Of a stretch of DNA of 64,000 nt, positions 46,620 to 57,580 are shown piece by piece (position 1 is the first letter of the stretch; every line of letters starts with the position of its first letter). Where the stretch lies: positions 82,233-146,232 of the IMG/VR virus record IMGVR_UViG_3300020162_002681; one strand, given 5' to 3'. The notes under the pieces are model-generated. The model saw nothing but the letters and a program-made list of their open reading frames with translations, was not told the origin of the DNA and did no database searches. The DNA comes from a virus. Position numbers and translations under genes: made by a program.

Positions 46620-46910
46620 ATGAATCAATTCTACGGTTTTTATGACGATTCTACTGATACAAGCTTAGTATTTGAAGCTGAGAACGGTAAGCAAGCTAAT
46701 AATTTAGCCTGTGATGAAGGTATCATTTTTGAAAATACCCATACTTGCGGTTGCTGTTCTAATGAAGTTTACAGATATGATGATGATGAAGAAGGGGGTA
46801 CTTGGGAAGAGCTTTTAGAGAGTTATCAAGAACATCCCAAAACTATAGAATATTATCGTCTAAAAGTTCATTTTTTAGATGATACTGTAAAGTATCTCTA
46901 TTCTAAATAA
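46620..46910 (+). CDS. Acidic hypothetical protein
   Basis: 96 aa with CGCC motif. Confidence 0.6.
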   Translation: MNQFYGFYDDSTDTSLVFEAENGKQANNLACDEGIIFENTHTCGCCSNEVYRYDDDEEGGTWEELLESYQEHPKTIEYYRLKVHFLDDTVKYLYSK

Positions 46911-47005
46911 TTGATTTTTCCTAGCTGTATCGTATCGCATGGTACAGCTAAGAGCAATCAAGCTCTTTTCATCCGTACTGGCTAGTCTATAAGGCTAGAT
47001 GATTT

Positions 47006-47314
47006 ATGCAATATCACGCTTTAACTCTCGGTCGCAATATAGGCGATACAGTTGACGCAATTCCTGTAGAGTCTGCTGTACAGTTTGTAGATTCTGAACT
47101 AAATGCACAATACGGTATAGATTGTTTCTCAGTCTATGAAGGTTGTGGGTATTGGTGCGGTAGTCGTGAAAATACTATTCGGTTTGAGATATTTGGGCTG
47201 TCTGATAGTAATGCTAGACAGTTAGCAGCTACTATCGCTACTCGCTTTAATCAGGAAGCTGTAATGCTCTTGTCTATCAACTCACGCCCAAAATTCATTA
47301 AAGGAGATGAGTAG
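47006..47314 (+). CDS. Candidate SAM lyase/DUF3574-like protein
   Basis: GYWCGSRE...A..IA.RFNQEAVML pattern. Confidence 0.5.
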   Translation: MQYHALTLGRNIGDTVDAIPVESAVQFVDSELNAQYGIDCFSVYEGCGYWCGSRENTIRFEIFGLSDSNARQLAATIATRFNQEAVMLLSINSRPKFIKGDE

Positions 47315-47482
47315 ATGGAAGCTTTAATCGGTGCTGTCTTGTTTGGTGCTGTTGCTCCTAGCTTTGTAGCCTTGAATCTGTTTATTTCTGGTATGCAAAA
47401 AGATGACAAAATTCGGAATCTTGAAACAAAGATAGAGACGTTTGAGACGGTTCTATCTGTAATGAAAAAGAAAGAATTTTAA
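47315..47482 (+). CDS. Small membrane protein (55 aa), paralog of 49081..49251
   Basis: MEALIGAVLFGAVAPSF...VMKKKEF; AAGGAG Shine-Dalgarno. Confidence 0.7.
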   Translation: MEALIGAVLFGAVAPSFVALNLFISGMQKDDKIRNLETKIETFETVLSVMKKKEF

Positions 47483-47587
47483 TGAGTTCTCCTATGCGGA
47501 TAGTCTTGTACTATCCCGTTAAGAGCATTCATTTTGCTGAATGTTTCTACTATCCTTTATGGCTTGGCTACACAGTCAAGATAGTTA

Positions 47588-48270
47588 TGTCGCCTAAAAT
47601 CAGTTTTATTCTCGCTAACGTAAATGAAAGCGTTATTCGTTCTCAAGTTGAGAAGTATTACAATCTATCTGTACAACATTATGCAGATACTAAAGATTGG
47701 TACGTTTCAGAATTTCACGAAACAGCAAAATTCTGTCACGCAGTTAACCCGAAGTTTACTTTGATTCAATGGTGTGGCGTTATTGCTGCCCTATCCCCCT
47801 CTACTTCTTGGGATAAAAATGTCTACTATGCGATAAAACTAGCAGAATTGACACAAGCAGAAATCAGTGAACCTGATACGCTGTACAACTTTGGGGTGAG
47901 GGCAATGTATCGGCTATCCTTGAAAAAATCCTTGCAAATTCTATCTATTGAACAAAATGAGTTGCAAGAATCTGCTATTTTGAAAATTTTGAACGCCCCA
48001 AAAACGTCTCATTTTTTCTTGAACGGGTTGTATCCTAATCAAGAAACAGGTAGCACTATAGACAGTCACATGGCACAAATCTTTTGCCCTGACTTAAAAG
48101 GGAGTCTGTCGCCTACTCTCGCCGCCTATCGTGAAAGTGAGAAAATCTTCAATCGTATTGCTAGGGAGAAGGGCTTGCTAAGTCATCAGCTTCAAGCTAT
48201 GGTATGGTGTGCGAAAGTGTATGGTGTGCCACGTCCTAAGCAGCTAAAACTTGACATCAACTTGGTGTAA
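47588..48270 (+). CDS. Conserved phage protein, possibly HhH-glycosylase-like fold
   Basis: WY...GVIAALSP.T.W..N, PKT..F..N, TIDSHM and QLQAMVW motifs; likely start MSPK. Confidence 0.55.
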
Positions 48271-48488
48271 TATCATGAAAAACGAAGATTTAATTGATAG
48301 ATGTATAGGTGTAAGCATATTCCTTATAAGTGCTTACTTATTTACAGCTTGTTTAGCAGATATTATCATTCACATTGCAGCTAAAACTTGAGGTAAAATT
48401 GTGAAAACTTGGGAATATACTAAACGCTCTTGACTATTCCTAGCTGTATAGTGTAAGCTTCTATACAGCTAAGAGTATTCACTCTAAA

Positions 48489-49037
48489 TTGTTCATTACT
48501 AAATCGGAGATGACAGCTATGTTACAAGAACTAGCAGACAGATATATTGAGGGTAGGGATGAGACTTCTTTTCTGCCCAAACTTACAGGCGAAATTCTGT
48601 CGGGTTGGATTAATCATGACTATGATGAAATTATCGATAAGGGCTTGCAAGTTGAGTTAACCGCAAATCCTGCAAGTTACAAAACCACGCAAGAGCTATT
48701 TGACGATATTGCTCAAAACAATCATGTATTTATTTTCTCTCTTTACAATCAACATCCTTTATGGGATGAAGCAACCAATCAAAAGTTGAGAGCAGTACAC
48801 GATTATCGTCATCACTTTGAGTCTGGCAAGAGTTCGCTAGGGTTTAGTCTGTACGGTGAGTTTGAAGCTTACCAGAAAGCAAAAACTGATTTGCATGACT
48901 ACTTGTGGAAACATGAAAGCGTACCTACACTAGAACTCTATCCTACACTTGACAAAATCTTGTTTAGCGAGATAGTCCTACAAGCTGCTGTAAAGCATTA
49001 CACTGGTGAATTTGCAGCACAAAAGATTGTGTTCTAG
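48489..49037 (+). CDS. Hypothetical protein with RAVHDxxHH motif
   Basis: NQKLRAVHDYRHH...GE...SEI..Q; possible metal-binding site. Confidence 0.55.
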   Translation: MFITKSEMTAMLQELADRYIEGRDETSFLPKLTGEILSGWINHDYDEIIDKGLQVELTANPASYKTTQELFDDIAQNNHVFIFSLYNQHPLWDEATNQKLRAVHDYRHHFESGKSSLGFSLYGEFEAYQKAKTDLHDYLWKHESVPTLELYPTLDKILFSEIVLQAAVKHYTGEFAAQKIVF

Positions 49038-49080
49038 TTCACTCGCTTCTACTCGTTAATTAAAAGGAAAATAAAATAAA

Positions 49081-49251
49081 ATGACTGAATTATTTATCAC
49101 AGGTGCGCTTTTCGGTGCTGTAGTACCTAGCTTTCTAGCTTTCAATCTTCTCATCACTGGTATTTCCAAAGATGAAAAAATTCGACTTCTAGAAGTTGAG
49201 ATTGCTTGCACCGACAAAATCTTGGGTGTTATGAAGAAAAAGGAGTTTTAG
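49081..49251 (+). CDS. Small membrane protein (56 aa), paralog of 47315..47482
   Basis: MTELFITGALFGAVVPSF...VMKKKEF. Confidence 0.7.
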   Translation: MTELFITGALFGAVVPSFLAFNLLITGISKDEKIRLLEVEIACTDKILGVMKKKEF

Positions 49252-49851
49252 ATGGCTATTACAAGACTGCAACCACATCGCATGAATTTTTTGGGATTCA
49301 TTGAAAATCTCGACATATTCTTATCAAGTCTCCCAAAAGGTTTTGTGCATGGTAACGAGAAACACATAGCACAGTTGCCACATAATGAGAGTATCAAGGC
49401 GCATTATCGCTTCTGGCTTGAGAATGTACAGCCAACTTGCTATCGTGTCGTGGAGATTGAACCAGAGCTATTCCTTTGCATCCGAGATACTAATTCTACA
49501 ATCAATAAATGTGTAGTTCATAAAACTAGCGATTTTGTTGACTTCCATTCTGGGCGCTATTTTGAAGATGAGATTGCCGCAAACGAATACATCGATAAAG
49601 AATTGGAGAAAGCAAAAAAACCTAAACTGACTCTAAGAGATGGTACGCCCTACAATAAAGGAACTAGGGTAAAACACTACGATAGATTCGAGCGAGACAG
49701 TATAAAAACCCGTCTTGACTATATCGGTGAAGTAGTTTCTATAGAGTATTCTGTACATGGTGCTGACTATGTAGGCGTTTTGATTGATGGTGATATTCGC
49801 CACTTCTTTAGTAGTGAATTAATCCCTGCTGACAAGTACGTTAAACAATAG
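49252..49851 (+). CDS. Hypothetical protein (C-terminal SH3-like)
   Basis: KGTRVKH...IGEVVSI...VGVLID. Confidence 0.55.
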   Translation: MAITRLQPHRMNFLGFIENLDIFLSSLPKGFVHGNEKHIAQLPHNESIKAHYRFWLENVQPTCYRVVEIEPELFLCIRDTNSTINKCVVHKTSDFVDFHSGRYFEDEIAANEYIDKELEKAKKPKLTLRDGTPYNKGTRVKHYDRFERDSIKTRLDYIGEVVSIEYSVHGADYVGVLIDGDIRHFFSSELIPADKYVKQ

Positions 49852-49859
49852 GTAAGATT

Positions 49860-50066
49860 ATGCTCAACATTCAAAAGAAAGCATTCAAAAAAGAACTCAC
49901 TGAACTCCTCAGAAAATACAACGTCTCAATCAGTACAGGTGGTTATGGCGATTATTTTGAGGTTAAGGAGATTGGAACTAATCAAGATATTCTAATCATC
50001 AATGAGATTGAAATAACCTCCTCACAACTCGACAATAATTGTGAAGTAGTCATTAAAGAGGTATGA
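49860..50066 (+). CDS. Hypothetical protein
   Basis: Operon packing. Confidence 0.55.
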   Translation: MLNIQKKAFKKELTELLRKYNVSISTGGYGDYFEVKEIGTNQDILIINEIEITSSQLDNNCEVVIKEV

Positions 50067-50479
50067 CTATGGCTTACTGTGCTTGTAGGATGTGCAATGG
50101 CAATGGTTTGGTTACCTTGCCTAATAGACCCAACTTAGTTTGGAAAACATACAGATGTAGTCACTGCAACGCCACTGGTTGCGATGTAGAAGCTACAAAA
50201 AAACTTGACTTTTCCTATCTGTTCGTGAGAAGCTTACCCTTAACGAACAGACAAGAGCAGTCACGCTCTAACACAAACCATTCACACAATCGGAGTTATT
50301 ACATCATGTCTCAAAATTCACCTTCTCGCGAAGCATTTCTAAATCTTGAACACGCAAAGCTAACAGGCAATCTTCCTGATGTAGCTATCATCCGCAACAA
50401 TGCTCACCGCAAGTCTTGGGAACTGCGCGAAGCATCAACACTGAACACCGAAGCATCACATCCGCTAATCAAATCTTGA
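50063..50479 (+). CDS. Protein with DnaJ-type zinc-finger motifs
   Basis: CRMCNGNG and CSHCNATG. Confidence 0.6.
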   Translation: MTMAYCACRMCNGNGLVTLPNRPNLVWKTYRCSHCNATGCDVEATKKLDFSYLFVRSLPLTNRQEQSRSNTNHSHNRSYYIMSQNSPSREAFLNLEHAKLTGNLPDVAIIRNNAHRKSWELREASTLNTEASHPLIKS

Positions 50480-50546
50480 AACATTACTTGAGAGGGTACG
50501 CCCCTTAATTCCCCCTCTCTTTCTGCCAACTTTTTCGGAGAAAATT

Positions 50547-50864
50547 ATGCCACAAGACACTAGACTCCCTTTTCAAATCGAAGCTGACAAGCAATTCATT
50601 CGAGATTTTGGTACGACTTATTTTGATGGCACTTACCCTTCTTTGGGTAATCCTAATCCTTTACCAGAAATAGCTAAATGTTGTGACATCGAACCCAACA
50701 TCGTAAAACAGACAGAAGTGTTTGTAAACGAATTACTTCCTTATATTGTAATCTCTTGCCCTACTTGCGGTAGACAATCATTTAAGATGTATACAAAGTT
50801 TGGTGTCAAATCTCAGCTACCTTCCGAACCACAAATTAGATATTGGAATAGTGGAAAAACGTGA
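50547..50864 (+). CDS. Zinc-ribbon protein (Lar-like)
   Basis: CC...CPTCG...WN. Confidence 0.45.
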   Translation: MPQDTRLPFQIEADKQFIRDFGTTYFDGTYPSLGNPNPLPEIAKCCDIEPNIVKQTEVFVNELLPYIVISCPTCGRQSFKMYTKFGVKSQLPSEPQIRYWNSGKT

Positions 50865-53800
50865 ATAAAAAATATAATGGACACGCCAACAAAGATACTA
50901 ACGATGTAATTCAAGCTATCTTTGAAGATGATGCTGAATTAACTTTCTATTGCACACACCCCAGACTAGAGTTCGCTTGTAAGTTGAATCAAGACTACAA
51001 ACTTAAATTCCCTCTTGTAGATTTTCTAGAAGTGATGGAATACTTCGAGAGAATGAAGTCTTACTGGAAAAACTATGTACGGTCTGAATGGGGTGATTTC
51101 TATGGAGATTATACAGGATTATGACTAGACCAAAAGAGTTTGGATATTGGGATGTAACCCCAACTAAGCCAAAACCCAAACCAAGAATTAGCAAGCACAA
51201 AGCAAGGCTAAACGATAAGCTTTTAGTTATCACATTAACTAAAACAGAAAGTCATCATGATTTTTCTATCAATTATGATGGTCAAGACTTAGATACATGG
51301 GAGTTTGAGCGATTGATATTTCCTGACCTCTCAGACTTATCTCGAAGTCATCTCAATTTGTTTTCGCCTTGGTTTGTAAATATCTTTGCTCCTGCAAGAT
51401 ATGCACCAGACTACGAAGAGGCAGAAAAGAATAAATTCCCCTCTACTTTCAAAGTAGACCACTGGAATGTTGCTTTGCATATTGTAGAGCGTGTCGAAGT
51501 CGTTTTTAAGGTATTGCAAAATGAGTAGACTCGTATCAATTCAAGTCAAAGGCATTTCCAAGTTCAAGAAGCGTAGACAGTACGGCTCTTTGTACGGTAT
51601 TAAATTCGACCATTGCCTCGAATCTGACAGAGATTATGTAGAAAACAATATGGCACTTTGCATCGAATTTCTAGACACTCTTGAAAGAAGGAAACCCAAG
51701 CCAAAATGAATATTACTAAACTCACTCTTTCCTACCACATCGGAGTGGCAGAAAAAGACGCTAACAAGGCAAAGAACGAGACTAACCTTTGTAGGATAGC
51801 CTCAACACTCCAACAACGCTCTAACAACGCATTACTAGCAAGCATAGGAGAATTTTTAAATGGAACGTGATAACCAAGTACGAAACACTCGCTACAAGGT
51901 CAACAAAAACTGGCGAGTCGATATTCGCGAACCCATTGCTGCTGGTAGAAGACCTTATCTAGTTGTTATTGGTGAGTTCGTTCATAAGTATGGTGTAATC
52001 GATTACCCTATCCACTACAACACTTCTCCTGACTCTATTGCTTACGACTATCCCGAAAGCATTCCTCAGTTCGTCAAAAACAAGGTAACTGACTTGTACG
52101 AGAAATTCCCAGTCCTAAAATGTGAGAATAAACCATCGTGAAAATCTATAACGGACTACTGGTAGATATCTACATCTATCATCCTTCCCAAACGACTTGG
52201 CAAGTCAACCCTGAGACTGGTGAAAAACGAGAGTTTCTCACAAAATGGTGTGTTCCTCCTGTACTAACATACCCTGTTGCTGGTGTTGGCGTTTGCCTCA
52301 AGGGGGCTTCCAAAGTAGTCCCTTATCTCGAAAGAGTCAGAAAAGAAATCCCTCTTACAAGCACTGTCTACGCCTATGCAGACGAGTTGCCAAGTGGTTA
52401 CGACTTCTATATCGTTTACCCTGCCTACTACGAAGCTAGAGCGCAATTACGCAAGAGTACAGCGAAGCTAATCATGCCTTGCACTCCTGTATATCGCTTT
52501 GACACTACTAATCAACTAGAAGGTTTCTTGAACTTCACCAACTCACCCAACAAGGCTTTCGATTTCTCCCAAGACAATTATCACTATAACCAAAACTTTA
52601 AATAAAATGAAAGCAATTCAAGTTTCCTATTCCAGTATCACTCACAAGTATCGCGCTAAAGCTGAAGGTGTTCCCGCTATCTTTCGCAGTGTCGAACAAG
52701 ACGGTGGCTATACTGCTTCGCGCATCGCTCAAGAGCTTGCAGATAAGTACAACTGGCTAACGTTCAACGGCGTAGTCAAGTATCGCCTAGAGCATGGATT
52801 CTTGCCTAACGGTGATGATGTGTTTGTGTTTGTCGAATTACCAAAAGAATTTGCCCCTGATATTCGCAGAGACTTCCGCAAGCTTCTCGAAAAATACAAT
52901 GCTCAGTTGGTTGCAGTGAATAATGACGACCATCAGCCTAGTATAGATGTGGCGCTGAGAATTGAAAGTACTGGAAAGTTTCCCAGAGATATATTGATTG
53001 AATTTCGTTACCCAGTTGTTAATATTGGTGACTACGAATTATCGGAGGAAGCAATCGCTGATGACTAACAAACATTATTACTTTGAGACTACACCTATGG
53101 CATTATCCACAGTACCGATTAAAGAGTATTTAAAGACAATGGCTAAAACTAATCTCTCACGCGAACAACTCCTCGATTCTTTTCTGCACGGAGCTTGCGA
53201 CCTCTCTTCCAGTGGCTTGCAAATCGACCTTCAAGGCTATCTCTATGCCTCTGGCGAAATGATAGCCGCTTGGCGAGGTTATGGTCTTGGCGGTACTCTG
53301 TTCATCGATTGCGGTTCATCTAAGGTATGCAATCGTAGAGCCGCTAACGACCTCAAAGAGTTGGCAGAAAAAGAAGGCATTGTGTATGTTCCTTACAATA
53401 CACATTCATACATCATCTCGCCTGAATTTCAGTTTGCTGAAAGGTTAGTGTCATATACCATCTGGGCTACTCCTAAAGTAGTGAATCCTGAAAATATCTT
53501 TGCTCAATCCAAAAAAGTACTTGACAAAGCAGTGGAGAAGGCAATAAGCTTGGATTCGATTCACACATTGGTTACACAGACACAACACATTGCATCGTTA
53601 TTTAATTTTGATTTCGATGCATCACGTTACACATCACAAGCGACACAAGGAGCGCTTAACGCAAGAGCAGCAAAGCAATTACTAGCACAACATTATCTAC
53701 AACAATATCAACGCATCACACAGGAGCTAGAAGCATCATGAAAGCCTACCTAAGTCTAATTCCACATCCTACTTACCTAGAAGCTAACAAACAGACTCTA

Positions 53801-53956
53801 GAGGTTTGCACAGACTTGACTAACCACTGCTACCAATCTCAAGGGTTCATCAAAGTCTTAACTATTCCTGATTTACTTTCTTTTCTGCAAAACAAGTACA
53901 AAGAAAAGTTTCCGCTAGCTAATTACATCGCAGTTGCCAATTACATTCGCAAATAG
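50861..53956 (+). CDS. Run of tightly packed hypothetical early genes (50861, 51121, ~51521, 51860, 52138, 52607, ~53061, 53738)
   Basis: Consecutive plus-strand ORFs, many with overlapping stop/start codons; no recognisable domains. Confidence 0.55.
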
Positions 53957-54032
53957 ATTCTCTCTCGCTGGATTAGCTCTCCAGCCAAAGGTAATCTCTT
54001 ACCCCAACCAACTACACTAAGGAGCAATTCCA

Positions 54033-54599
54033 ATGACTATCATCACCGTAAAAGAAACCAAAAATCAATGGCAAGACCCTTTCTTCACTTTGTTCATTGA
54101 TGACAAGCAATCTGACTTTTCGTATCACAGTTCTCGCTTGCTGACCAACACTTGCAACGAAGACGGTGGTGGTATTTTCAACACAGAGGATACTGTTGTG
54201 AAATTCAAACGCAAGGACACTTGGGTTACTGTTACTTTCGATTTGTCTTGGGATGCAAAAGATTACAACGACCCCGCAAGAGAAATCAAGCGCCGAATCC
54301 AAGATGTAGAAGAAGCGTTTGAAGCTGTCTCTGAGGGTTACGAGAAAGTTTGGACTGTGAATCTCGGTGATGATAACGAATACATCGAAAAACGCAAGGC
54401 AGAAGCAGCACAAGCGACTCATTACAACGATGGTCTAATCGAATACAAAGTTGATGATTACTTGGCTGATGATGAAGACGAAAACGGTAACGATTGTTTT
54501 CGAGTTGTTAGTGCCGAAGGTTATGACGATACTCACTTGATTGCATTCTGCGACATTCCCCAAGAAGCCTACTTCCTAAAACTCACACGCATCGAGTAA
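54033..54599 (+). CDS. Hypothetical protein, paralog of 58866..59369
   Basis: AAGGAG Shine-Dalgarno; shared N-terminal domain. Confidence 0.65.
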   Translation: MTIITVKETKNQWQDPFFTLFIDDKQSDFSYHSSRLLTNTCNEDGGGIFNTEDTVVKFKRKDTWVTVTFDLSWDAKDYNDPAREIKRRIQDVEEAFEAVSEGYEKVWTVNLGDDNEYIEKRKAEAAQATHYNDGLIEYKVDDYLADDEDENGNDCFRVVSAEGYDDTHLIAFCDIPQEAYFLKLTRIE

Positions 54600-54663
54600 T
54601 CACAAAAGCTGACCTATCGGCTAGACGGGGATATTCGCTCACACTACTTTTCAGGAGAACAAA

Positions 54664-55659
54664 ATGACACTCGCAACTTTACCCAAAAACCCTCTCACAC
54701 ACAAAGAATTTAGCCTTCACGACCTGTTTCTCCGCCAAAGTCTAGAATGTACCTTTGGCAAGCTTGCAACGGGCTACAAGCCATCTAAAATCGCTGGTAA
54801 GCCTTTCACTGTCAAAGAGTTTATTCTCTTGCATACCGAAAAAGAATTGGTGCTGCTCTACAGACATTCAGGACGCTTGATTGAGAAAGTGTTTACCGAT
54901 GTTGACGCTTGCCTTGAATTTGCTCAAACTAGATTTGGAGTGACACTGTAATGAAAGAATTAGAAGCTGTCTGGCAAATTACCAAAGTAGATTTGTAATC
55001 TACTGGCAGAAAGATAAATTTGGCTGAACTCTCTTGGAAACTATCTGAGGAGGGACGCTTTACTGCTCAAGGTGGTATTTGGAACTCGAAACAAACTGAT
55101 TACATTACTTGCGGTCAGATGGTAGATAGAGTCGCTAAGTTCTTTCCTGACAATGCTTTGGTGCAAGAGATACTACAGGTTTGGGAAGTTTGGCACTTGA
55201 AGACTGGTCTACCTAAAGACGTAATCAAACAAATTAAATCATGGGAGAAAAAGACTGATGATTAAGAACATTCAAGACTTCGCCGCCTACTTCGGTGCTA
55301 CAACACCGACCGAACTGCATTGTGCTTTATGGAAGCACGATAGCTACATCTCATCTGCCACGTTAGAAGAGGCAGAAGGAGGAAAGACTTATAGAACTGC
55401 TTACGACCCTGAGTATGAAAAGCTGACTGAGTTTCCTTCGGGTATAGTTTCAGTTTACTTTAGTGCAATTAAAGAGGGTTGCGACTACGAACCAACAATG
55501 ACTCCTTTGGTCTTCCCTTTCCCAGAAGAAGATATCGATGAAGCTATTGATTATCTCAACTCAGAACTCAACCTTGCTGACGATTGGGGTGAAGATTTCA
55601 TTGAGCAATATGCCACAGACCACTCAGTTCCTTTACACGACAAATGGAAGGTAAAATGA
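54664..55659 (+). CDS. Three hypothetical early genes (54664, 55020, 55258)
   Basis: Consecutive ORFs. Confidence 0.55.
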
Positions 55660-55853
55660 CAATCCGCGTAACCATCTCAGGTGAGCCTGAATCTTTGCTA
55701 AGAGACTTATCTAAACTTTTAGGCAAAGACCTCAACCAAACATTTCGCAAAGCCTTGGCGACCGAAGCCTACTTCGCTAAACACGCTAAGGTTGGCTACA
55801 AAATTCTATTACAAGCTCCTGACGGAGAACTACGAGAGGTACTTTTAAAATGA
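55657..55853 (+). CDS. Ribbon-helix-helix (CopG-like) regulator
   Basis: MTIRVTISGEPESLLRDLSKLLGKDLNQTFRKALA. Confidence 0.65.
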
Positions 55854-57327
55854 CCACTACCACATCACTACACCACCGTCAAACCGCACCTCGCAAGTTC
55901 CGCGACCCTTACATTATCGCTCAGCAACTTGCGCTACTCACTCGCGCACAGAAAGACCTCATCCTCTCTTATCACGCTAAGAAGAAGCAAAATAAGTATC
56001 ACTGGTCAGATGACTATGTTGCAAGAGATGGGCAGGGATTTTGGGTTTCCCTTGAAGATTCCACATCTATCCAAGACCACACCCTCTTTTCTGCCCTCCT
56101 AGCGGAAGCGAATGACGAAAACATCTTCGAGATTGTTTTGAATACCGACTACGAAGTGGCTAAACTCGCCCTTCGGATAGATTTACCAACTAGCCCTGAT
56201 ACCGATATCATACTGGTATTAGCTGGTGAGCTAGAACCAGACCGACTCGAATACCAAGATGTGCGACTGGTCACTTGGTACTTGAACGACAAAGCTGATA
56301 GACATGCAACACTACAGAAAGATAGGTACAGCCAATGATTACTACAATTGAGCAAGTCAAAGAACACATCGTACAGAATCACGAACGTAGCTTAGAGTTC
56401 CCAATCACAGTGACGACTAGCTCATCAGGAGAATTTGTAGAGCTTCGTAATGAATACGACCACGAACTCATTGAGCTACCTATTTCCGAGCAAGATTTGA
56501 GTTTTGCTATCGAATCTATTGAAGAAAACGCTATCGAATTTTCGCAGGGGTAACTTCATGACACACAACACATTAGCACGACCTCCTCCGATATACAGGC
56601 AGTGCCTTAAAAGATTTTCAAATTTGGTAAAGATAAATCGCGACACTTAATTCTGAATGGAACTGGTGAAACTTATGCGAACGCCGTTAAAAGCGGCACA
56701 CCATCTAACGATGGCTTCAATCAATCAGGAGCAAAGCCATGCAACTTCTTAAATTTACCTCTTTAGTTAGATGTTATTTAATAGCTCTTGCTGAGACAGT
56801 TAAAGAGAACACCACACCAGCTACAAATTATGGTTGGCAACATCTCATAGTCAACGCTGCTCTGAATCCTTACTGGCAATTTCCAGAGGGACTATACAGA
56901 GCGCACATCGATTTGTATTGCGAAATTTACTATTATTTAGGATACCCACAACCTCATGAAACTAAATCAACTCATTGACCGATTCACACCTTCATATCGT
57001 ACAGTAGAAGCAATTAAGGGTGGACTAGCTATTCTAGGCATTGTTGGCGCAGTAGGCGGCTTCATCTACATCTTTGGCACTGAATCGCTCAAAGCTCACG
57101 ACCGAGCTTATGGGAACTTGGTACAATTCTCTCGCGCCAACAACTTGACTGCTGGCACTTGTAATCAGTGGGACACCGACAATGACGGACGAATCTCCTG
57201 CACAGCTACTGACAAACAAGGGCGCTTCATTCAACTAGAGTGCGGTGCTAACTGGCTCTCCGAAAATACGGCTTCTTGCAATCTCCCCAAGCTACGCATT
57301 CAACCCACCTCTTCTTCCTCTAACTAG
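55850..57327 (+). CDS. Hypothetical genes (55850, 56335, 56739, 56956); the last is membrane-anchored with a Cys-containing domain
   Basis: Consecutive ORFs; 56956 has a transmembrane segment plus CxxxDTDNDGRISC. Confidence 0.55.
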
Positions 57328-57580
57328 GCTCACTATGTTTTTCCCCTTCATCGGTTTCTGGACTGTATCGGCTGGTTTTTGTCTTATTGTCTGCTTTCTA
57401 TCACCTCCTAAAACTAAATGAACCTCGTCAAATTAATTACTAGCTTTGCACTTCCAATTGGGGTCGCTATCGCCTTGTTTCACCCCAACAGCGACAACTT
57501 AGGCAGAGGTTTAGCTCTTGGCTCAACCATTCTTTTCTGCACCGCAACCGCGATTGAAACATTTACTCAGGATTAAATAA

